A stretch of DNA of 20,000 nucleotides, from positions 53,168 to 73,167 of the IMG/VR virus record IMGVR_UViG_3300042884_001034; one strand, written 5' to 3'. Each line of letters begins with the position of its first letter. The first letter of the stretch is position 1. The stretch is from an uncultured virus (IMG/VR IMGVR_UViG_3300042884_001034). Its lineage: Duplodnaviria; Heunggongvirae; Uroviricota; Caudoviricetes. The notes below the pieces were generated by a model. The model had not been told where the DNA came from. It searched no databases and saw only the letters and a program-made list of their open reading frames with translations. Below, piece after piece: positions 1 to 6,825 of this stretch. The position numbers and the translations under genes are program-made.

Positions 1-266
1 GATAATGTATAATTACCACCAATAGTGGTGTCTTGTAATAAAGATCCGCCTAATTGTACTATATTTCCTGGGGAAAGTTGATAAATACCGTTATTAAAAG
101 CATAGCCTGCTGTAATATCACCAAACTTAGCATCTATTTTTTGTAGAGCATCCTCTAACGTGTCATTTGTATTTATAGAAGTGTATATTAAATTAGCACC
201 TTCGTAAAAAACGCAGGTGCTAGATAGTATCACTGGACACACTTCAGCAGAACAAGTAACGTTCAT
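1..266 (-). CDS. 5' part of a probable virion structural (tail/fibre-like) protein, truncated by the window edge
   Basis: Not in the ORF track because the stop lies outside the window. ATG at 266..264, open to base 1: MNVTCSAEVCPVILSSTCVFYEGANLIYTSINTNDTLEDALQKIDAKFGDITAGYAFNNGIYQLSPGNIVQLGGSLLQDTTIGGNYTL. It has an AT-rich leader (TAATATATTTAATT-ATG) and an upstream promoter motif. The Cys-rich start and the G/T/N-rich LGGxLxxxTxI segment resemble Bacteroidota phage structural proteins; the product call is inference. Confidence 0.75.
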   Translation of the reverse strand, partial: MNVTCSAEVCPVILSSTCVFYEGANLIYTSINTNDTLEDALQKIDAKFGDITAGYAFNNGIYQLSPGNIVQLGGSLLQDTTIGGNYTL

Positions 267-296
267 AATTAAATATATTAAGGCGAGATTAAGATG

Positions 297-325
297 CAAA
301 GATACCTTTTTCTCTTTATTATCAA
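297..325 (-). promoter_or_regulatory. Bacteroidota primary-sigma promoter (-33 TTG / -7 TAnnTTTG) for the downstream gene
   Basis: The minus strand reads TTG(325..323)-N18-TATCTTTG(304..297)-CA. This matches the Bacteroides/Flavobacterium TAnnTTTG element exactly. It lies in the only sizeable intergenic gap, 30 nt upstream of the ATG at 266, in the correct orientation. Confidence 0.7.
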
Positions 326-369
326 TACATTACATAAAATATTCAGATATAATATAGCAATACAACTCC

Positions 370-3300
370 TTATTTCATACTACTTTCTTTTTGTATAGTT
401 ATATCAAATTCTTTGGCAAACTCATTATTTAAAATTGCTCCATATGTTAAAGCAGACTTTGCTACAGGTAAAGCTTTTGCAGCATATTTAATAGGCATAG
501 CTTTTTTCCTCACCTCTTCAGCAGATAATGTAGGATCTGTAATATCAAATCCTGTCACTTCTCTAACAAAGTGACTAGTAAACCTAGTATAATCTGTTAT
601 AAGTCCTATAGCTGGGAACATACTTCCACTCAAAAGACTTTCAAAATTGACAGGATTATAGAAGAAAGAAAGCTCTCCAACAAATTTATCTACCACTCTT
701 TGTGAATACCTAAAGAAATTTTTGGTTGCTTTATCTTCTTCATCATCAGGAGCCATAAATCCTAGAGAAATCATCACACCTAATAAAGCCCCAAGAATAG
801 CTAATTCTTTAATCTCGTTTCTTAGATTGGTTCTAATCATATCAGCAAAATCTTCTTTAGTCATGTTAAGAGTTTCACCTGTTCTTTTTTCGTATTTTTC
901 AGCAAAATCCTCATACATTTTATCTATCAAAGCAATTCCCTTGTCATTCATTTGAATTAAATTCGTAATATTTGCTGATTTATCACGAATAGATGTTCCT
1001 AAAACATAAGCCAAAAGTCTAATTCTTCCTATATCATATTTCTCCCCTTTAACACCATCTTCATCCACTGTTACAGAAAAATCATCGCTCACTTTTCTAA
1101 ATTCTGAGAAACGTGTATCAGCAAGTTTTGGTATCCAGCTTTTAAATAGCATCATACTATTTGTCCAAACAGACATTGACATTCTGTTAATATCTCCGTC
1201 AGACATACCTCCTGTTGCATTTCTAGAAATTCTTCTAGTTAGTTCTGTCAATCTTTGTAACTCCCTTTGATTTGAAAGATCTAATCCAGGAATTTCTAAT
1301 TTACCGTTTACAAGTTTTTTAGTTACAGCTATAGACTTTGTTTTCTTAAGTTCTTCCACCTCTGCTTTTATAGCTTCTTTAGACTGTTTATATTCTGAAG
1401 AGGATTTATATCTATTTTTGTATTTGTTTTTTACAAAATCATTAATATTAACAATTCTACCATTATCCACCATCATGTTTTCCAAAAGTGTGACAAAAAT
1501 AGACTTTTCAATAAGTTGTTCTGGTTTTCTCATAAAAACCATTAGCATATCCCCTAAATTTTTTCTAGTGAGAGCAGTCATCCCTGCTTCATATTTATAT
1601 ATATCTGTAGATGGATCATCTTTTAGAGGCATGAATGTATTAACTAATTGTACAAATATTTCTCTATCTTCTTCATTATCAAATCTTTGTACAGCTAATT
1701 TAGCTTGATTTTTAAGAAAGTCTCTTGCTTTAAAATAATCACCAGCTTGTGTAGCCACCTGTATATTACCTCCAAACATATTTACAGCTCCAGATATAAA
1801 TTCAAACCCTAAAGCTTTTAATTGGAATGCTCTATTTGCTGCGTCCATAGTTTTTACTAAAGATGTAGCAGAAGGCTCCTCATCTATTTTAAATACTTCT
1901 CTGCCTGTAATAGTGTTTACACCATTTTTTACAAAGTTTAACACTTTACCTACATTTAAAGGAGTGTCTGTATCAGAAAGAACATACTTTTGTCCGTATA
2001 ACAACACTCTTAAAAAGTCATCATACATTTTAGTGTTTTCTTCATTTCCTGGTATTTCTATTATTTTACCACCTTGTTTAACAACATTTGCTGATCTATC
2101 TGTAGCTAAATGCCCTTTAAATTGCTCTACAGTTTTTACTAATTGTAATTGTCCTTCTACAGCAGAAAGATATTTATACTTTTCCATTTGTTGGATGTAT
2201 AAAATCATATTCTTAAAAAGATCTTCGCTTACGTCAGAATAATCATTTACACCATCTTTTCTAGTAAAATCATATGTGTAATACTTAGGAACAGAATTTT
2301 CTAGTTCACCTGTAAGCTCATTAAAACTTCCAAATCCTACATCATCTGTTTGCATTTTAAGACTCTCTGAAAAATTCTTTAAAGGAGAAATACTATGATC
2401 CCAAGCTAGTTCTTCAGCAGCTCCTTTCCTAACAAACGGTAGGAATGTTTTCATCACTTTATTAGTGATATATCCAGCCTCTTTAGCTTCTTCATTTATA
2501 CTACCTATGAAATTATAAAGTTCTAAAAGAATTGGATTTTTAAGAATGTTTTTGTATTCTTCTGAATACCATTTTGGGAGAGGATGTCTTTTAATGATAT
2601 AGTTATTCCAACCATTAAAGTTTTTATTATCAATATCCCACATCTCTTGAGCTTCTTTAATATTTTTAACTCTTATAGCCTCATTCTCATTTTTATCACT
2701 TGTATATATCTGTCTTTCTATTTTTTTAATTTGATCTTCAAGACGTTTATTAGCTTCTTTTTTATACTCCTCTACATCAATATTGTCTAAAAGCCATTGT
2801 TTATCTCCACCTTCTTTAGCTTTTGCATCCACTTCTTCATGGAATTTTCTGCTATATCTATGAATAAGTTTATTAACAATACCTCCTTTATCATCCTTTT
2901 GATATATCTGTTGCACTATTGTTCTAAGATCTCCCCCCTGTTCTGCTAATTTCTTCCTAATATCCATTAGTTTTTGTACTCTTTCTAACGATGCTTTAGA
3001 AGCTTCTCCTTGGGCACCTCTCACCACTTTGTATAACAATTGTAATGCTTTAGAAGGAAGTTCTGATATACCTCTAAAATTAGAAGAAAGTCCTTTAATA
3101 ACAGCTTCGGGGGATAGAAGTCCAAATACAAGGTTTCTTTGCCCTACATGTTTATCTGCAAAATCCTGAGCAGCTTTCGTTAATTGTTCTTTTGATCTGT
3201 AAATAGCATTAGATTGGGCCATCAACTGATCATGTATATCTTTTCTTCTTGCTACATCTTCTCTTTCTTCTTCTGTCTTAGCATTTTCCAACATATCCTT

Positions 3301-6300
3301 TGTATACACAAGGTGGCCTATGTCTCTTCCTATATTTTCAAAAACATCAATAATTCTTAAGTGCACTCTCATCTTCTCTGCAAAATCTGAAAGTTCTTTA
3401 TTATTTGAATCGTTAGAAGAAGCTGGTCTATTTTTATAAATAGTGTTATAATCATTTAATAGCTGGTCACCCTCTTCTCTCATAATACCTACAACATCAA
3501 TTAAAGAAGCAATATTATTTTGTCCCTGTAAAAGACGAACAGCTTTTCTAATAGTGTTTAAACGCTCTATTTTAAATAAACGCTCATCATCATCTGTTAC
3601 TTCTTCCTTGCCTATTTGTTTAAGCATGGAATTTAGTTTTTTAATAATATTATCAAGATCTTCATATCCTGTAGATTCTGTTTGTTCAGAAACAGGCACA
3701 AGTCTAAGATCTTGTATTTTAGTTTTATCTATAGAACCTATAGCTATTCCTTTTAATTCAAGGCCAGAACTCTTATTGCCTTTTTCTTTATACCCAAAAT
3801 CCATAGCTATTGGAATAGCTCTATTCATTCCAAATTCTTTTATTCCATAAAAGTCTTTAAGAATATTTTTATATGTACCAAGCTGAATATCAAAGGCTCC
3901 TTGTTTAAACCATGCAACATCTTCACCGTTTATTTGCATAAACTTCCAATCAAGAATATGTCCTTTCCCCGAAGGATCTACAGCTAAGAAGTCTATTGTA
4001 CCAGCTCTTTTATCTTTAGGATTGTAAACTATAACTTCCGAGAAAACTAATGCATCTTTATCTAATGTTTGTAAAAGACTTACATAATAGTTTTCCAACA
4101 TATTATACATTTCTTCAGAAGGAAGATTGAATTTTACAGGTCTTGGATCAGGAGTGGTCTTTTTTGTACCATCTTTATTATAATATCTATTATGTATTTC
4201 TTCAAAATCAGCATGCCCCTCCACCCCATATTTTCTTTTCATCTCGTTAAAAGCCTTTTCTTCTGGAGTGAATTTTTTATCTTTAAATCTTTTCTTATAC
4301 CACTCTTTAACAAGATCTGTCACCCTTTTGGTTATTTTTTGTTTTGTACCATCAGGAAGAGATATTTCATACCAGTTGGTAGACTCATCTGAATCTGCTA
4401 ACACTTCATCAGACTTTTCATCACTAACCACTTTGTTAATAGAATTTCTTGTTTCCTGTATTTTTTCTTGCACTTTCTTTTGTGCATCAGATAGTTGGTA
4501 AAATATTCCTCCTTCAGAAATATCAGAAATGGTTCCTCCCACCTCACCTTCAATCACTCTAGCTCCCACTTCTTCAAATATAGATATGTTGGATTTTCTA
4601 TATACACCTCTTATAAGATCTAATATTTTATTCCAAAAGTTTCTAAATAATGATTGAGTGGCTTCCTCCATTAATTCAGGATAGGCTTCTGTAGCTCCTG
4701 CTTTATTAATAATTACTTCCACTAAAAGTTTATCTACAGCTTCTTTCTTTATTTTACGTATATCTGGTTTTCCATTAGGAAGTTTATATACATCTTTATA
4801 TTGATCATAGACTTGTTTATATATCTTAAATCTATCTATTTTAGAAATCATTTCTGTAACAAGTCTTGGGTCCATTTGTTCTAAAATAGCTGTTGCTACG
4901 TGTACCATTTCTTCTGTGAGAGCAACATCTTCTTTCCCCTCTGCTACAGCAATTATCCCTCTAACAAGATCTGCCAGTCCATTTATTCCTTTTGTTGTTA
5001 CGTCTTTATTACCTTTTAAATAATCAGAAAGCTGCTGAATACTAATACCCATTTTTTTAGCAGCTTCCTTCACCTTAGAAAGTGTTTCAGCAGAAGCCTT
5101 AGAAGCAGGCATTCCTTCTTTTTGTAAAAGAATTTGTTTCTGTTCTCTTTCAGGAACAATTTCTACTTCATTCCATGTATTACCATATTCATCTGTAATT
5201 TGTTTTACATTATCCTTTCCGTATTGTTTATTTAAAATATTCTTTACAGTGTTCTCATAGAAGTTGTATATAGGTTTTAAAGCACCAAAACCATTTTTTT
5301 CAACATCTTCAAGCTCTTTTTTAAGTTGATTTATTTCATTTTTAGTTTCTTCTGAAAACTTACTTTTTAAAGATTCAATTTCTTCTTTAGTAGCTGTTTT
5401 TTCTCTACCTGTTTCATTGCTTACTTTTCTCCAAGTTAAAACCTCATTACCATTTTCATCTTCTAAATATCTTTGAATATAATAAAATCCATCAACATTT
5501 TTATTTTTTAAAATACTAGATTCTTCAAGTTCTTTAATTCTATTTTCTTTTTGTTTCTTAAACTCTTCTAATGTTGTATGTCCTTCTACTTTACTAGCTG
5601 TATTACCAGAAGGGAATAACACTTTCTCATATCCTTTTTTAGCACTATCTTGTAGAATAGATTTAATAAAGAATGTAACCCAGTTAGAGTTTTTGTTTAG
5701 AAGTTGGAGGAATTGATTATCTGAACTATTATCTCCTCTTTCATCAAATCTTTTTTCTAACGCACTTCTTCTTAAAGTAGCTGTTTTACCTTCTTGATTT
5801 GAAATTGTAATTAATTCATAAAGATTAGAATCTGTGTCAATATTTGTAACTGTAAACTTTTCACCATTAGATATAAATGTATCTCCTACTTTTTTAATAT
5901 CAAGCTTTTTAGAAAGAACTTTACTATCTCTACCCTTCTGAAAAAGATCAGATTGTACTTCTAGTATTCTACGAGTTGTAGTAGGTGTACCTCCAACACC
6001 AGGAATGCCATTTTTTTCTAATTCTTTAGCTGCTTGAGCACCTTCAGTATCTCTAACTTCTTCTATTTCTTGAGGTAGTGCTTTTCTATTTTGAATACCA
6101 ACTATAGAATCATCACTTCTAAACCAACCAATACCTTGATCTGTAGCAAACTGAGCATGTCCTTTAATAGAAGGAGTAATAGCTGGTGTAGCTATTTCAT
6201 TTTCTGTATAATTGGTTCCTCCTGGAACTGTTAGGTTAGAATATACAGAACTATTATTAGCAGCTCTTTGAGTATTAAAAGCTCTGTTAGCCTCTTCTAA

Positions 6301-6822
6301 TGTTTTAAAAATTGCTATATCAGGATCCCCATCTTCTGTAATATATTCAATAAAATAATCCCCAACTTCAGCTCCTAAAGCCATAGCAGAATTTTCATCG
6401 GTTATTTGTTTAGGTTCAGAACTTTTACCATAAATATCAGAACCTATTTTATTTTTAGCAACATTAATCTCAATAGCATAACTATAATTAGCTAACATGT
6501 TGGTAATCAACTCATTACGATCTGTTGTATTAAATGATTTGAGAAGTTCTATTTGGTCTTTAGGAATACTAAGATCAGATTGTACCTTGTTCCAAAAAGC
6601 ATCTCCTTTCACTCTATTCTTTTCTAAGGAAGAAAAAAGTTTAATAGCCTTCTCAGATTGTAAAGCATCTACAGATTTTAATCCAGCTTTAACAATAGAA
6701 CTTTTACTCTCACTTTCAGGAACATTTCCTTCATAAAGATCCCATAAAGCATAAGCAACATTCTCTCCTCTAGCTGCTACTAACAATTTCCAAGAATCAA
6801 GATTTATATTAGGACATGCCAT
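370..6822 (-). CDS. 2150-aa multidomain (polyvalent) virion cargo protein: EVQSD domain, zincin-like domain, PD-(D/E)xK nuclease, helical C-terminus with a hydrophobic segment
   Basis: Uninterrupted 6.4-kb ORF (ATG..TAA) starting 3 nt after the RNAP gene stop. Motifs: MACPN, LEVQSDLFQ, TEEMVH...KEAVDKL, GTIDFL...ILDWK...QLGTY, LAILGALLGVMISLGFM. A large gene next to the virion RNAP gene is typical of crAss-like phages. Confidence 0.85.
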   Translation of the reverse strand: MACPNINLDSWKLLVAARGENVAYALWDLYEGNVPESESKSSIVKAGLKSVDALQSEKAIKLFSSLEKNRVKGDAFWNKVQSDLSIPKDQIELLKSFNTTDRNELITNMLANYSYAIEINVAKNKIGSDIYGKSSEPKQITDENSAMALGAEVGDYFIEYITEDGDPDIAIFKTLEEANRAFNTQRAANNSSVYSNLTVPGGTNYTENEIATPAITPSIKGHAQFATDQGIGWFRSDDSIVGIQNRKALPQEIEEVRDTEGAQAAKELEKNGIPGVGGTPTTTRRILEVQSDLFQKGRDSKVLSKKLDIKKVGDTFISNGEKFTVTNIDTDSNLYELITISNQEGKTATLRRSALEKRFDERGDNSSDNQFLQLLNKNSNWVTFFIKSILQDSAKKGYEKVLFPSGNTASKVEGHTTLEEFKKQKENRIKELEESSILKNKNVDGFYYIQRYLEDENGNEVLTWRKVSNETGREKTATKEEIESLKSKFSEETKNEINQLKKELEDVEKNGFGALKPIYNFYENTVKNILNKQYGKDNVKQITDEYGNTWNEVEIVPEREQKQILLQKEGMPASKASAETLSKVKEAAKKMGISIQQLSDYLKGNKDVTTKGINGLADLVRGIIAVAEGKEDVALTEEMVHVATAILEQMDPRLVTEMISKIDRFKIYKQVYDQYKDVYKLPNGKPDIRKIKKEAVDKLLVEVIINKAGATEAYPELMEEATQSLFRNFWNKILDLIRGVYRKSNISIFEEVGARVIEGEVGGTISDISEGGIFYQLSDAQKKVQEKIQETRNSINKVVSDEKSDEVLADSDESTNWYEISLPDGTKQKITKRVTDLVKEWYKKRFKDKKFTPEEKAFNEMKRKYGVEGHADFEEIHNRYYNKDGTKKTTPDPRPVKFNLPSEEMYNMLENYYVSLLQTLDKDALVFSEVIVYNPKDKRAGTIDFLAVDPSGKGHILDWKFMQINGEDVAWFKQGAFDIQLGTYKNILKDFYGIKEFGMNRAIPIAMDFGYKEKGNKSSGLELKGIAIGSIDKTKIQDLRLVPVSEQTESTGYEDLDNIIKKLNSMLKQIGKEEVTDDDERLFKIERLNTIRKAVRLLQGQNNIASLIDVVGIMREEGDQLLNDYNTIYKNRPASSNDSNNKELSDFAEKMRVHLRIIDVFENIGRDIGHLVYTKDMLENAKTEEEREDVARRKDIHDQLMAQSNAIYRSKEQLTKAAQDFADKHVGQRNLVFGLLSPEAVIKGLSSNFRGISELPSKALQLLYKVVRGAQGEASKASLERVQKLMDIRKKLAEQGGDLRTIVQQIYQKDDKGGIVNKLIHRYSRKFHEEVDAKAKEGGDKQWLLDNIDVEEYKKEANKRLEDQIKKIERQIYTSDKNENEAIRVKNIKEAQEMWDIDNKNFNGWNNYIIKRHPLPKWYSEEYKNILKNPILLELYNFIGSINEEAKEAGYITNKVMKTFLPFVRKGAAEELAWDHSISPLKNFSESLKMQTDDVGFGSFNELTGELENSVPKYYTYDFTRKDGVNDYSDVSEDLFKNMILYIQQMEKYKYLSAVEGQLQLVKTVEQFKGHLATDRSANVVKQGGKIIEIPGNEENTKMYDDFLRVLLYGQKYVLSDTDTPLNVGKVLNFVKNGVNTITGREVFKIDEEPSATSLVKTMDAANRAFQLKALGFEFISGAVNMFGGNIQVATQAGDYFKARDFLKNQAKLAVQRFDNEEDREIFVQLVNTFMPLKDDPSTDIYKYEAGMTALTRKNLGDMLMVFMRKPEQLIEKSIFVTLLENMMVDNGRIVNINDFVKNKYKNRYKSSSEYKQSKEAIKAEVEELKKTKSIAVTKKLVNGKLEIPGLDLSNQRELQRLTELTRRISRNATGGMSDGDINRMSMSVWTNSMMLFKSWIPKLADTRFSEFRKVSDDFSVTVDEDGVKGEKYDIGRIRLLAYVLGTSIRDKSANITNLIQMNDKGIALIDKMYEDFAEKYEKRTGETLNMTKEDFADMIRTNLRNEIKELAILGALLGVMISLGFMAPDDEEDKATKNFFRYSQRVVDKFVGELSFFYNPVNFESLLSGSMFPAIGLITDYTRFTSHFVREVTGFDITDPTLSAEEVRKKAMPIKYAAKALPVAKSALTYGAILNNEFAKEFDITIQKESSMK
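748..804 (-). other. Predicted transmembrane/hydrophobic helix near the C-terminus of the 2150-aa protein
   Basis: LAILGALLGVMISLGFMAP is 19 uncharged residues, flanked by EIKE and DDEEDK. Confidence 0.6.
3760..4380 (-). other. PD-(D/E)xK (RecB/Cas4-like restriction-endonuclease fold) nuclease domain
   Basis: Motifs occur in the expected order: RVTDLV, YGVEGHADFE, FSEVIVY, AGTIDFLAV (D at 3991..3993), ILDWKF (DWK 3943..3951), QLGTY (3871..3885, the RecB-family QxxxY motif). Domain boundaries are approximate. Confidence 0.8.
4600..5080 (-). other. Degenerate zincin-like (metallopeptidase-fold) domain
   Basis: Beta-strand-like NGLADLVRGIIAVAEG is followed by helix TEEMVHVA (EEMVH 4900..4914; HExxH with the first His replaced by Glu), a downstream KEAVDKLL helix and FWNKILDLIR. 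The layout parallels the zincin-like domain in the RNAP protein. Confidence 0.55.
5158..6260 (-). other. EVQSD-motif domain of unknown function (possibly GNAT-like fold) with insertions
   Basis: Motif blocks PGGTNYTE, GHAQF, IGWFR, RILEVQSDLFQ, WVTFFIKSILQDSAKKGYEKVLFP, FYENTV, TWNEVEI. I recognise this pattern from large phage virion/polyvalent proteins. The fold assignment is inference. Confidence 0.5.
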
Positions 6823-6825
6823 ATT

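Noticed and set aside
267..369. Rho-independent terminator after the 2150-aa gene
   Set aside because: No convincing GC-rich stem followed by a U-tract on the minus strand.
3760..4380. Cas4 / CRISPR association of the nuclease domain
   Set aside because: It lacks the four Fe-S cysteines, and there are no repeat-spacer arrays or other cas genes in the window.
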